Part shown: piece after piece, positions 9,808 to 19,508 of the stretch
Layout of the letters: every line of letters begins with the position of its first letter
Position numbering within the stretch: the first letter of the stretch is position 1
Assembly: GCA_945918795.1 (NCBI GenBank)
Contig: CAMEIT010000002.1
Location: forward strand, 42-64,041
Direction of reading: 5' to 3'
From: an uncultured Clostridia bacterium
Lineage (GTDB): Bacteria; Bacillota; Clostridia; HGM11327
DNA length: 64,000 nucleotides
Translations under genes and position numbers: made by a program
Notes under the pieces: generated by a model
The model's database searches: none
Seen by the model: only the letters and a program-made list of their open reading frames with translations
Told to the model about the DNA's origin: nothing

Positions 9808-11282
9808 CAGAATGGATTCTCCGTTTTATATTTATCGGATTCGGGCTTGTTGTAGCCTATTTCCTGTACGCCTAAATATTTGAATACTTCAAAGAGAGCT
9901 TTTCCGCAGTGAGAAAAAGCCACAGCACCGTGATGCGGGAATCCGTTTTCGATAAGCACGTGTCTGTAAAAGCGTCCCATTTCCTTTATGGCAAATACGC
10001 CCACACTGCCGAATGATTTAGTCGCAACGGGAAGGACTTCTCCCTCGGCAACGTACGCGAGCAGACGGTTGTCGGCGGTTGACTGCAAACGGTAAAATGT
10101 TATGTCTCGCGGAACAATGTCGCCCTCGAGAGTGCCGTTTGTAACCTCAACGGGAAGCGCTCTTGCCATTATCATCTGATTCTTCATTACGGGAGAGCAA
10201 AGCTTTTTGGAGCAGGTGTTGCCGCAGTGGAAGCCCATAAAGGTATCGGTATGCTTGTAATTGAATTTGTTTTTGATGTCCTCGTCATACATATCCTTCG
10301 GAACAGTGTTGTTGATGTCAAGGAGCGTTACTATATCCTCTGTTACGCAGGAGCCTATAAATTCAGACAGACAGCCGTAAATATCGACTTCGCAGGATAC
10401 AGGTATTCCTCTGCCCGTAAGACGTGAATTTACATAGCACGGCACAAAACCGAATTGCGTCTGGAATGCCGGCCAGCACTTGCCTGCAATGGCTACATAT
10501 TTTCTGTAACCCTTGTGAGCTTCTATCCAATCGAGGAGAGTAAGCTCATATTGAGCGAGCTTTGCGAGAATTTCGGGCTTTTTGTTGCCCTTGCCGAGCT
10601 CTTTTTCCATATCGGCGGCAACATCCGGTATGCGCTTGTCGTCTTTGTGCTTGTTGAATGCTTCGAAAAGGTCAAGCTCAGAATTTTCTTCTATTTCAAC
10701 GCCGAGATTGAAAAGCTGTTTTATCGGTGCGTTGCAGGCAAGAAAATTCATCGGACGCGGACCGAATGAAATGATTTTGAGATTCTTCAAGCCCTCAACG
10801 GCTCTTGCAATCGGGAGAAAATCGTGTATCATATCGGCACACTCATAAGCATCGCCGACGGGATATTCGGGTATGTAGGCTTTGATGTTGCGCAGCTTGA
10901 GATTGTAGCTTGCATTGAGCATACCGCAAAAAGCATCGCCTCTGTCGCCCGTAAGTCTGTTGCTTGCCTCCTCGGCGGCGGCACAGAACATTACCGCACC
11001 GTCAAAATGCTTTGCAAGAAGCGTTTCCGATATTTCGGGACCGAAATTGCCTAAATATACGCAAAGTGCGTTGCAGCCTGCTTTTGTTACATCTTCAAGT
11101 GCCTTGACCATATGTATTTCGCTTTCGACAATACATATAGGGCACTCGTATATTTCTTTTTCCGAGTATTTTTCGCTGTATGCCTTTACGAGCGCCTTGC
11201 GTCTGTTTACGGAAAGGCTCTCGGGGAAGCAGTCTCTCGATACTGCGACGATACCTACTTTGATCTCAGGTATGTTGTTCAT
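9807..11282 (-). CDS. L-fucose isomerase-like family sugar isomerase (putative pentose isomerase)
   Basis: 491 aa. Resembles the FucI/AraA-like C-terminal domain family rather than a TIM-barrel XylA. Sits between a GH3 hydrolase and xylulokinase. AAAGGAAA RBS. Confidence 0.5.
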   Translation of the reverse strand: MNNIPEIKVGIVAVSRDCFPESLSVNRRKALVKAYSEKYSEKEIYECPICIVESEIHMVKALEDVTKAGCNALCVYLGNFGPEISETLLAKHFDGAVMFCAAAEEASNRLTGDRGDAFCGMLNASYNLKLRNIKAYIPEYPVGDAYECADMIHDFLPIARAVEGLKNLKIISFGPRPMNFLACNAPIKQLFNLGVEIEENSELDLFEAFNKHKDDKRIPDVAADMEKELGKGNKKPEILAKLAQYELTLLDWIEAHKGYRKYVAIAGKCWPAFQTQFGFVPCYVNSRLTGRGIPVSCEVDIYGCLSEFIGSCVTEDIVTLLDINNTVPKDMYDEDIKNKFNYKHTDTFMGFHCGNTCSKKLCSPVMKNQMIMARALPVEVTNGTLEGDIVPRDITFYRLQSTADNRLLAYVAEGEVLPVATKSFGSVGVFAIKEMGRFYRHVLIENGFPHHGAVAFSHCGKALFEVFKYLGVQEIGYNKPESDKYKTENPF

Positions 11283-11316
11283 TTATTATGTTTCCTTTCT
11301 TTGTTATTTGTATTTG

Positions 11317-13482
11317 TTATACCGCGCTGTCGATTATTGTATCTTCATTTGCACGAAGCTTTATTGCACTTGATCTTTTGCCGGTAAGCTCGAAGCTTCT
11401 TTCGTCAGGCTGATATTCGCCGACGTATAGAGTGTATTCGCCTTGCAAAACGCCGAAAACGCCGTTTTCATCCCAAAGAGCAAACGCATCAATGGGGAGT
11501 GTTACGGTAACATCAGACTTGCCGTCTTTGGGAACAAATGCTTTTGTAATCTTCTTCAGCTGTGCGTTCGGAGTGCCTTTGCGCTCTGCTTTTACGTATA
11601 GCTGAAGCGTTGCAGAGCTATCGTACCTGCCGTTATTCTTTATGCTTATATTTACCGTAACGCCTCTTTGGGTTATCGTATGGGTATCGCATTTTACATC
11701 CTCAATATTAAAATCGGTATAGCCAAGACCGTATCCGAACGGATACAGCGGCTTTGAGGTTATATAACGGTAAGTACGATTTTTCATTGAATAATCCTCA
11801 AAATCAGGCAGATCTTCATCCGAACGGTAAAATGTAATCGGCAGCCTGCCCTCGGGACTGTATTCGCCGAACAAAAGCTCGGCTACGGCTTTCCCTCCGA
11901 GCGCGCCCGGATACCACGCCTGTATTATTGCCGGAATATTTGCATCGGCGTCCCTTAAGTCGATAGCACTGCCTGCAAGCATTACAAGAACTGTCGGCTT
12001 TCCCGATTCGTATATTGCTTTTATAATATCGTTTTGTAATCCCGGCAGCTTGAGCCCTACCTTGTCGCCGCTTGCAAACTGATTGCTTTGATCTCCCTCT
12101 TCGCCCTCAAGGCAAGCGTCAAGCCCAAAGCAGGCAATTACAACGTCGCTTTTTTCGCATACTGTCTTTACCTCGGAAAGTCTGTCGTTTGCTTCGGCAA
12201 GAGACTGCACGCGATCTGCATATAAGTGACAGCCCTCGCTTGCATATACCCTTATATCGGTGTCGCTGAGATAATCCTGTATTCCTTCCGAGACCGTTAT
12301 GTATCTTGATGCCGTGCCCTCATAATTGCCTATGAGCGCCTTGCGGCTGTCGGCATTCGGACCTATAATGCCTATTGAGCTGATTTTATTTTTATCAAGC
12401 GGAAGAATGCGGTTCTCGTTTTTCAAAAGAACGATGCTCTTTCTTGCGGCTTTGAGATTGAGAGCGCGCATTTCGCTTGAATCCACTGCCGAATACGGAA
12501 TCGATGAATAAGCATTATCCTCGCTCTTATCAAATTCACCGAGCTTGAACCTTGTTGTAAAAAGGCGCACTACCGATTCCGTGATATAATCCTCAGACAG
12601 TAATTTGTCCCTGACGGCATCTATAAGGAAAGGATAAGTGCAGCCGCAGTTGAGGTCACAGCCGTTTTTGACGGCAAGCGCCACGGATTCCTCGGGACTG
12701 TTTGTTACCATATGGTTCTCGTGGAAATCCTTGATTGCCCAGCAGTCCGACGTCATGTAGCCCGAGAATCCCCATTTTCCTCTTAAAAGATTTGTGAGCA
12801 GATATTCGCTTCCACAGCACGGCTCGTCGTTTACTCTGTTGTATGCGCCCATAATGCCCTCAACGTCTGCCTCTTTTATGCAGGCGTAAAATGCGGGAAG
12901 ATACGTTTCGTACATATCCTGCTTTGATACTTTTGCATCAAACACGTGTCTTAAGGATTCGGGACCCGAATGTACGGCGAAATGCTTTGCACACGCGGCG
13001 GCTTTGATATATTTTTCATCATTACCCTGCAAGCCTTTTACAAATGCGACGCCCATTCTCGATGTGAGGTACGGATCCTCACCGTATGTTTCGTGTCCGC
13101 GTCCCCAGCGCGGATCTCTGAAAATATTGATGTTGGGCGACCACATTGTAAGTCCCTTGTATAAGCCTGCATCGTTATATTTCTGCTGTTCGTTGAATTT
13201 TGCTCTTGCTTCCGTTGATATTGCGCTTGCAATTTCTTCGGTAAGGCTTTCGTCAAATGTTGCCGCAATACCTATTGCCTGCGGAAAAACGGTTGCAATT
13301 CCTGCGCGCGCAACGCCGTGCAGAGCTTCATTCCACCAGTTGTATTCTTTTATCCCCAAACGCGGTATCGCGGGTGCGCTGTGAAGCATCTGACTTACTT
13401 TTTCTTCAAGTGTCATCCGACTGACGAGCTCTTCGGCGCGTCTGCGGTATTCCGAGAGCGTTTCCTGTTTTATGCTTGACAT
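11317..13482 (-). CDS. Glycoside hydrolase family 3 (beta-xylosidase / beta-glucosidase)
   Basis: 721 aa. GH3 N-terminal domain with the KHF motif, and a C-terminal domain. AGAGGAG RBS. Confidence 0.75.
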   Translation of the reverse strand: MSSIKQETLSEYRRRAEELVSRMTLEEKVSQMLHSAPAIPRLGIKEYNWWNEALHGVARAGIATVFPQAIGIAATFDESLTEEIASAISTEARAKFNEQQKYNDAGLYKGLTMWSPNINIFRDPRWGRGHETYGEDPYLTSRMGVAFVKGLQGNDEKYIKAAACAKHFAVHSGPESLRHVFDAKVSKQDMYETYLPAFYACIKEADVEGIMGAYNRVNDEPCCGSEYLLTNLLRGKWGFSGYMTSDCWAIKDFHENHMVTNSPEESVALAVKNGCDLNCGCTYPFLIDAVRDKLLSEDYITESVVRLFTTRFKLGEFDKSEDNAYSSIPYSAVDSSEMRALNLKAARKSIVLLKNENRILPLDKNKISSIGIIGPNADSRKALIGNYEGTASRYITVSEGIQDYLSDTDIRVYASEGCHLYADRVQSLAEANDRLSEVKTVCEKSDVVIACFGLDACLEGEEGDQSNQFASGDKVGLKLPGLQNDIIKAIYESGKPTVLVMLAGSAIDLRDADANIPAIIQAWYPGALGGKAVAELLFGEYSPEGRLPITFYRSDEDLPDFEDYSMKNRTYRYITSKPLYPFGYGLGYTDFNIEDVKCDTHTITQRGVTVNISIKNNGRYDSSATLQLYVKAERKGTPNAQLKKITKAFVPKDGKSDVTVTLPIDAFALWDENGVFGVLQGEYTLYVGEYQPDERSFELTGKRSSAIKLRANEDTIIDSAV

Positions 13483-13700
13483 ATTGCTCCTCTTTGCTTT
13501 AATATTTGCTGTAATTATTTTAGCACATATTCATTCATAAATCAATATCTGATATATCACAATATATATTTTTATTTTCAGGCACACGCTCAATAGTTAC
13601 CATGTTACATATTAAAAGGTGGATATGTTCCATTGTGTTGGGAATGCTTTTCTGCTAAACTATACTTAAAGCTTGAGAAAAAGAGAGGAAAACTATTGAT

Positions 13701-14948
13701 ATGGAGAGAAAAGTACGTATAGGTGTGTTCGGACTCGGGAGAGGGTGCGACCTTATAGGCTGTTTTATAAATGCAGGTGCCGAGGTTACGGCAATATGTG
13801 ATTACCGTCCTGCGGCGGTTGCGCGTGCCGTCGAAAAGTATTTTAAGGGCAAAAAGGTAGAGACATTTGACAATTTTGACGACTTCATTGATGCAGATTT
13901 TGATGCCGTACTGCTTACGGATTATTTTTGCACTCATGCGGCTAACGCAGTTAAAGCAATGCGCCACGGAAAACACGTCATAAGCGAGACTATTTCAAAT
14001 GTAACAATGGCCCAGGGCGTGGAGCTTTGCCGAGTAAAGGAAGAAACGGGGAAAACGTATGCGCTTCTTGAAAATTACCCGTATTTTAAGACGAATCTTG
14101 AAATGAAGCGGCTGTACGAGGAGGGCACTATGGGAAGCCTTGTATATGCCGAGGGCGAATATGCTCATCCCATGAGCAAGGAGGAACAGAACTCTCTTGC
14201 GCCGGGTGAACGTCATTGGCGAAATTGGACGCCGCGAACATATTACATCACGCACGCACTTGCGCCTTTAATGCAAATGACGGGAGCAACGCCTGTGAAG
14301 GTGACAGCTATGGCGTCGTTTCAGCCGGAAACGGCAAAGGGCACGGCACTTCACTCGGGAGATGCCGCCGCGATAATCATGTGTCAGACAGACACGAACG
14401 CCGTATTCCGCGTAATAGGCTGGGCAAACTACGCCCCACATGGAAATTGGTATAGACTTTGTTGCACAAAGGGCGGAGTTGAAGTCAATCATGAAAACAT
14501 GAATATTATGCTCTCGTATAACCATTGGTGCGTGCCGGAGGGCAAACAGGCATCGAATATTTACACTGCCGAATGGCCTGACAAAAAGCTCGGCGATATT
14601 GCGGACAATTCGGGTCACGGAGGCGGAGACTTCATGGTTATATATGATTTCGTGAAGGCACTTGAAGAAAACAGAGAGCCGTATTGGAATGTTTACCGCG
14701 CGACAACGGCTGCTTCCGTTGCGATATTGGCATGGAGAAGCGTATTGAACGGCAATATGGCATATGATGTGCCGGATTTCAGAAATGAAGAGGACAGGAA
14801 GAAATACGAATTTGACAATATTACGCCTTTCCCCGATGAAAACGGCAAAGTATCCGTTCCGTGCTCGTCAAAGCCGTATTCGCCGTCTGAGGATGACCTT
14901 AATACGGCAAGAGAAATGTGGAAAAGCAAGGATTTCCTGCTGAGATAA
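13701..14948 (+). CDS. Gfo/Idh/MocA family oxidoreductase
   Basis: Rossmann N-terminus VRIGVFGLGRG. 415 aa. GAGAGGAAA RBS. Confidence 0.65.
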   Translation: MERKVRIGVFGLGRGCDLIGCFINAGAEVTAICDYRPAAVARAVEKYFKGKKVETFDNFDDFIDADFDAVLLTDYFCTHAANAVKAMRHGKHVISETISNVTMAQGVELCRVKEETGKTYALLENYPYFKTNLEMKRLYEEGTMGSLVYAEGEYAHPMSKEEQNSLAPGERHWRNWTPRTYYITHALAPLMQMTGATPVKVTAMASFQPETAKGTALHSGDAAAIIMCQTDTNAVFRVIGWANYAPHGNWYRLCCTKGGVEVNHENMNIMLSYNHWCVPEGKQASNIYTAEWPDKKLGDIADNSGHGGGDFMVIYDFVKALEENREPYWNVYRATTAASVAILAWRSVLNGNMAYDVPDFRNEEDRKKYEFDNITPFPDENGKVSVPCSSKPYSPSEDDLNTAREMWKSKDFLLR

Positions 14949-15017
14949 AATGAGAAACGGCATATTTTCATTTTGGAGTACGATGAAAATATGCCGTTTT
15001 GTTTGTATTGAAAAAAA

Positions 15018-16091
15018 TTACGGTCTGTTATTTGCAGTGACGGCTTTGAGCTTGTCAAGTAAAGCCGCAAAGCGGCTGTTGCCCTCAAGCTGCGAGCCGT
15101 ATTTTCTTATGATCTCATTCAGGAGCACTTCGGACTCGGTCTCGGAATAATTCTTTGTGCTTCCGTTTATGTCGTCGAAAACCTTATTTACCATAAGTGC
15201 CGTGTAATTTGATGATATGCGTGTATCTGCCTTGACAGAATGTTCGGCGGCATTTTCAAGAGAGGCAAGCATACCGTCAAAATCGCCGAGTGCGTGATAG
15301 CTTTCTGCCATTTGACTGTATATGCCGGCAACTCTGCAATGGAAAAATCCCAAATTGCCGTCTTTATAAAGCAAATTATAACAATCGAGTGCAAATTGCA
15401 ATGCTTCAATAGTCTCTGCGGGTGTAAATTTTCCTTTTGTGAGCATTATGGTTGTATTAAGCCATATACTGTCAACGAGATTTTGAATATTTCTCTGACA
15501 GTAATTGACTGCTTCATCTCCTTCAAGCAGGTGCGGCATAAGCTGCCCTTCGGTAATGTAACCTGCCGTTTTTGCATATTTTTTTGCGGCTTCGGCATCG
15601 TTTTTACAATAATAATGTGTAAAGCACAGTATCTGAACAGCGCCGCATCTGAGCGTGTTATCCGTTGATTCTTCAAGAATACGTTTGCCGTATTCTATTA
15701 TCTCATCGGCGTATTCAACTGCGTTGTCAATGTTCAGGGCATACATTAATTTGTGGATAACGGATAAGTCGTTCGGGAACTCATGCTTTGCTTTGCGCCA
15801 CAGTTCAACGGCTTCTTTCGTTTTGCCGGCATTGAGCAGGCGTTGATTTGTTTCATCGTATTCATCCAGCTTTTTCTTCTTTTGAATTTCACCGACTCCG
15901 AGCAGGTCGTCAATGCTTATGCCGTAGTAAGATGCAATAGCAGGCAAAAGTGTGATGTCGGGGTACCCCTCACCACGCTCCCACTTGGAAACGGCTTGTA
16001 CTGTGACTCCCAAATGGCTTGCCAGATCCTCTTGTGTATTTCCTTTTTCTTTACGCAGATTTTTTAATTGCTCGTTTAAGAGTATATTCAT
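15018..16091 (-). CDS. XRE-family HTH transcriptional regulator with a C-terminal TPR-like domain (RNPP/Rgg-like architecture)
   Basis: N-terminal HTH_3 ([32 protein letters not shown]) followed by ~290 aa of helical TPR-like repeats. GGAGGA RBS. Confidence 0.7.
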   Translation of the reverse strand: MNILLNEQLKNLRKEKGNTQEDLASHLGVTVQAVSKWERGEGYPDITLLPAIASYYGISIDDLLGVGEIQKKKKLDEYDETNQRLLNAGKTKEAVELWRKAKHEFPNDLSVIHKLMYALNIDNAVEYADEIIEYGKRILEESTDNTLRCGAVQILCFTHYYCKNDAEAAKKYAKTAGYITEGQLMPHLLEGDEAVNYCQRNIQNLVDSIWLNTTIMLTKGKFTPAETIEALQFALDCYNLLYKDGNLGFFHCRVAGIYSQMAESYHALGDFDGMLASLENAAEHSVKADTRISSNYTALMVNKVFDDINGSTKNYSETESEVLLNEIIRKYGSQLEGNSRFAALLDKLKAVTANNRP

Positions 16092-16254
16092 AGTATTCCT
16101 CCGAAAACAATATTACAAGCGCTTGTTCTGAATATATTATATCAAATGAAATTGATTAATACAATGACTGCTCTGTTAAATTGCAGTTTAATTATTAAAC
16201 GAATAGTTTAATTGAAGGGGAACAGGCTGCTCATATGCAGTCCGATGCTTTGGC

Positions 16255-16299
16255 GTAATGTTACACAAGGAAAACTTAAATCAAAAATACGCAAACACC
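16255..16299 (+). repeat. Direct repeat copy A (~46 bp), upstream of the transposase gene
   Basis: GTAATGTTACACAAGGAAAACTTAAATCAAAAATACGCAAACACC is nearly identical to 17928-17973 (1 substitution, 1 indel). Confidence 0.8.
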
Positions 16300-16406
16300 G
16301 AAACTTTTTTATGCTGTCTTTTACGGAGAATTTGCAATCACAAAAATATCGGCAGAGAGACTGTTTTCCTCTGCCGATTTGTGTTATAATGATATGGATG
16401 ATGAAA

Positions 16407-16925
16407 ATGGATAAAGGAAAAGAATTGCCGCAAAGGAAGCATCCTCGTCTTGTCAATTATGATTATGGTTCTGCCGGTGCATATTTTATAACGATATGTA
16501 CGCAAAACAGAAGGTGTGTTTTATCTCGTATCGTAGGGCGGGGGCTTGCTCCCGCCGAAGCAAGAGGTATGGAATACACCTCATTTGGAAAGATTGCAGA
16601 GCAACAGCTGTTATTACTTGAAGAACGATATGAATATTTATCGGTTGACAAATATGTAATTATGCCAAACCACATCCATGTTGTTTTGATTTTAGAGAGC
16701 GAAGCGGCGGGAGCAAGCCCCCGCCCTACAATCACAGACATTGTTTGTGCATATAAATCGTTGACAACGAGAGAATGTAAGAATAACGGATTTGACGGAA
16801 AATTGTTTCAAACTTCATTTTATGAGCATATAATCCGAGGCAGAGAGGATTATGAAGAAATCGTGAAATACATTTACGAAAACCCGATTTGTTGGTACTA
16901 TGACGAATTATATACAGAAGGATAG
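16407..16925 (+). CDS. tnpA: IS200/IS605-family (HuH Y1) transposase TnpA-like protein
   Basis: HuH motif MPNHIHVVL, a conserved Tyr-containing C-terminus, and an N-terminus typical of Y1 transposases (AGAYFITICTQNRRCVL). The upstream extension to 16212 lacks an RBS. Confidence 0.7.
   Translation: MDKGKELPQRKHPRLVNYDYGSAGAYFITICTQNRRCVLSRIVGRGLAPAEARGMEYTSFGKIAEQQLLLLEERYEYLSVDKYVIMPNHIHVVLILESEAAGASPRPTITDIVCAYKSLTTRECKNNGFDGKLFQTSFYEHIIRGREDYEEIVKYIYENPICWYYDELYTEG
16533..16729 (+). repeat. Perfect 25-bp GC-rich inverted repeat (arms 16533-16557 and 16705-16729) embedded in the transposase coding sequence
   Basis: GTAGGGCGGGGGCTTGCTCCCGCCG is the exact reverse complement of CGGCGGGAGCAAGCCCCCGCCCTAC. 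The 147-bp spacer encodes the HuH motif. Confidence 0.9.
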
Positions 16926-16995
16926 GAGCATGGGCTTTGCTTGAAACCGGCAAAACAGAGAGATAAATAAGAATTTGGAGAGGTGGGAATGGGAT

Positions 16996-17760
16996 ATGAG
17001 TGAATGGTTTTCAGTTGAAGAAATTGATTCCCAAACATTTGCAATTAACGAATATAAACACTGGGAAGAAACACACTGCTATCTGTTATGTGGTCAGGTA
17101 AGTGCAGTCCTAATTGATACCGGGTTGGGCGTTTCCAATATTAGAAAAATTGTAGACAGCTTAACGGAGTTGCCAGTTATGACGATTACAACTCATATTC
17201 ACTGGGATCACATCGGCGGGCATAAGTATTTTGATAATATCGCTGTACATGAAAATGAAAAGGATTGGCTATCAGTCAAGTTTCCTATACCGCTGCAAGT
17301 TGTTAAGAATAATCTGACGAAGGTTCCTTGTGATTTTCCGGCAGAGTTTGATATTGATGCTTATCAGATTTTTCAAGGTGAGCCGCAAAGGATTCTGCAC
17401 GATGGCGATTGGTTGGATTTAGGCGGACGGGAAATTCAGGTTATCCATACTCCGGGACATTCTCCCGGACACTGTTGTTTTTACGAGCCGGGACGAGAAT
17501 ACCTGTATTCCGGTGATCTGATTTACAAGGGATGCCTTTATGCCTTTTACCCAACCACTGATCCACAGCTTTTCTATCAATCTGTAAAACGGGTGCAGAA
17601 ATATAAAATAGCAAAGGTTCTACCCGGTCATCATGATGTGGACATTCCTGTATCGTTGATAAACGAAATTGAAGCAGGATTTGCACAATTGGAGAGAAAT
17701 GGACAGCTCAAACAAGAAAGCGGACTGTTTGAGTTCGGAAATTTCCAAATTCAAATCTGA
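16996..17760 (+). CDS. MBL-fold metallo-hydrolase
   Basis: THIHWDHIGG (HxHxDH) metal-binding motif. ~254 aa. Confidence 0.7.
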   Translation: MSEWFSVEEIDSQTFAINEYKHWEETHCYLLCGQVSAVLIDTGLGVSNIRKIVDSLTELPVMTITTHIHWDHIGGHKYFDNIAVHENEKDWLSVKFPIPLQVVKNNLTKVPCDFPAEFDIDAYQIFQGEPQRILHDGDWLDLGGREIQVIHTPGHSPGHCCFYEPGREYLYSGDLIYKGCLYAFYPTTDPQLFYQSVKRVQKYKIAKVLPGHHDVDIPVSLINEIEAGFAQLERNGQLKQESGLFEFGNFQIQI

Positions 17761-17927
17761 ATAACAAATTCCGCTTTATCAAGCAGAAAGCCCCGGCATA
17801 TAATGAATAATCTGCCGGGGTTCTATTTGTTTACTGCGGAGCAAAAAAACTCACCTATTTATGAGGACGAATCGTTTGATGATTTCCTAGACAAGAACAT
17901 CACGCTTTCACATTCGGGATTTTTTGT

Positions 17928-17973
17928 TGTAATGTTACACAAGGAAAACTTAAATCAAAAATATGCAAAACAC
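17928..17973 (+). repeat. Direct repeat copy B (~46 bp), downstream of the MBL hydrolase gene
   Basis: See copy A at 16255-16299. Confidence 0.8.
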
Positions 17974-18055
17974 CTCTTCACAATTCACTCTTACTTATTA
18001 CCCGGAATCCCGAATGTGAATTTAGTGAAAAGTGAACAGTGAACAGTGAAAAAGT

Positions 18056-18089
18056 AAAAATCCCGAACGCTTTTGCATTCGGGATTTTT
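18056..18089. terminator. Bidirectional rho-independent terminator
   Basis: AAAAATCCCGAAcgcttttgcaTTCGGGATTTTT. The stem is flanked by A-run and T-run, between convergent genes. Confidence 0.7.
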
Positions 18090-18156
18090 GAGTTTCCCCA
18101 ACAATTTCGAACCTTTGCTTACAAGATAGAATATTCTCTTCCAAGCGATCAAAAGC

Positions 18157-18948
18157 CTACCCTTCTACTATCGGCACCCAATAAACCCCAAGATCATCAT
18201 CGTTTTCTTGGTTTATAGGCGTTTGGTAAGAAATCATAACCGAATAGGTGTTATCCAGTCGATAATTTGTTTGCGGAAACCATTCTTTCGTGATTTGATT
18301 GAACGTCTTTTGCCTTGCATCGGCTCGTGAACTTCCCTTACAAACAAATACAGCCCAGGTCGCCGCAGGAAAATAATAAAGTTCAAAACCATCCAAATGC
18401 TCGGAATCACTTGACATATCACGATACAATCCACCACACTTTTGTTTTGTCGAGATCATTCTCAGCTGATTCTCATTCAAATCAGTTTCGCTCCAATAGG
18501 TTAATCGATCTGCCTCAACTTTGAGTAATACCTCAAATCCCGGCTGCTTTTCAATTCTGTAATCCATAATATAGCCTCCTCCTAAAATAAATTGAAGTCG
18601 TAACGGTGCAAAGGCTTTTAACGTACAACCGCCACGCCGAACTGCAGAAGGAGTAACACCGTGAAAACGCGAGAAGGCTTTGGTAAAGCTATCGTGAGAA
18701 TCATAACCATACATCAGAGCAATATCGATGATTTTTTCATTTGAAGAAAGGAGCTCCATTCCCGCCTCCGCCAATCTCCGATTCCGAATATATTCACTTA
18801 CGGGAAAACCGCACAGCATGGAAAATGCTTTTTGAAAATATCCGGAAGACATATAAACATGCGACGCGACATCCTCAATTGAAAAATCATCCTTCAAATG
18901 CGATTCCATATAATCGATCGCTTCTTCAATGCTTTCTAACCAATTCAT
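18157..18948 (-). CDS. AraC-family transcriptional regulator with a GyrI-like effector-binding domain
   Basis: N-terminal AraC HTH (DVASHVYMSSGYFQKAFSMLCGFPVSEYIRNRRL) and a C-terminal GyrI-like domain. AGGAGGTG RBS. Confidence 0.7.
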   Translation of the reverse strand: MNWLESIEEAIDYMESHLKDDFSIEDVASHVYMSSGYFQKAFSMLCGFPVSEYIRNRRLAEAGMELLSSNEKIIDIALMYGYDSHDSFTKAFSRFHGVTPSAVRRGGCTLKAFAPLRLQFILGGGYIMDYRIEKQPGFEVLLKVEADRLTYWSETDLNENQLRMISTKQKCGGLYRDMSSDSEHLDGFELYYFPAATWAVFVCKGSSRADARQKTFNQITKEWFPQTNYRLDNTYSVMISYQTPINQENDDDLGVYWVPIVEG

Positions 18949-19165
18949 TGCTTTCACCTCCTGTGCTCTTATTTTAGCACACCTATATAATGTATTTCTC
19001 GTCATTTTGTGAAATGATTTGTCCAATACACCTTATCACATCAAAAAAATTATACCATAAGAACAATATAAACTCAATATGCCCCCATAAAGTCGCAGGT
19101 TCAAGTCCAAAAGGTTCAAGAAAAGGTGCAATGGTGAAAGGGGGTTGTTTTTTACCCCTAAAAAC

Positions 19166-19200
19166 ACGAAAAGTCCTTGAAAATCAAGGACTTTTCGTGT
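19166..19200. terminator. Strong bidirectional terminator hairpin, distal to the tRNA cluster
   Basis: CACGAAAAGTCCTTGAaaaTCAAGGACTTTTCGTG is a 16-bp perfect stem, with further small hairpins on each side. Confidence 0.65.
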
Positions 19201-19226
19201 TAGGGTGCAAAATTGTTGCACCATTT

Positions 19227-19302
19227 TGGAGCCGGTTATGGGACTCGAACCCGCAACCTGCTGATTACAAATCAGCTGCTCTACCAATTGAGCTAAGCCG
19301 GC
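19227..19302 (-). tRNA. tRNA-Thr (UGU)
   Basis: Cloverleaf with anticodon loop TTTGTAA; CCA is encoded. Two A-C mismatches, in the acceptor stem and the T stem. Confidence 0.8.
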
Positions 19303-19328
19303 AAGATAAATTATGTGTAACCGAAAAC

Positions 19329-19405
19329 TGGCGACCCGGATGAGGCTCGAACTCACGACCTCCAGCGTGACAGGCTGGCGTTCTAACCAACTGAACTACC
19401 GGGCC
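19329..19405 (-). tRNA. tRNA-Asp (GUC)
   Basis: Anticodon loop CTGTCAC, T-loop TTCGAGC, CCA encoded. Confidence 0.85.
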
Positions 19406-19413
19406 AGGAGTTT

Positions 19414-19489
19414 TGGTGACCCATCGCAGACTCGAACTGCGGACACCTTGATTAAAAGTCAAGTGCTCTACCGCCTGAGCTAATGGGTC
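19414..19489 (-). tRNA. tRNA-Lys (UUU)
   Basis: Anticodon loop CTTTTAA, acceptor GACCCAT/ATGGGTC, CCA encoded. Confidence 0.85.
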
Positions 19490-19508
19490 ACGTCTCGAAT
19501 ACTGCTAT

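Noticed and set aside
16212-16406. N-terminal extension of the transposase ORF (MKGNRLLICSP...).
   Set aside because: No SD is present before the GTG/ATG at 16212, and the extension has no homology to Y1 transposases. It also overlaps direct-repeat copy A. The start was placed at 16407.
17803-18042. 79-aa ORF downstream of the MBL hydrolase.
   Set aside because: No RBS. Its middle is simply the translation of the 46-bp direct repeat, and it ends in a run of GTGAACAGTGAACAG repeats. Judged non-coding.
19090-19115. tRNA remnant (GTCGCAGGTTCAAGTCC resembles a T-arm).
   Set aside because: No matching acceptor or anticodon arms, and after GTCC the sequence does not complete a T-stem. It is probably a fortuitous or very degraded fragment, reported only as a note.
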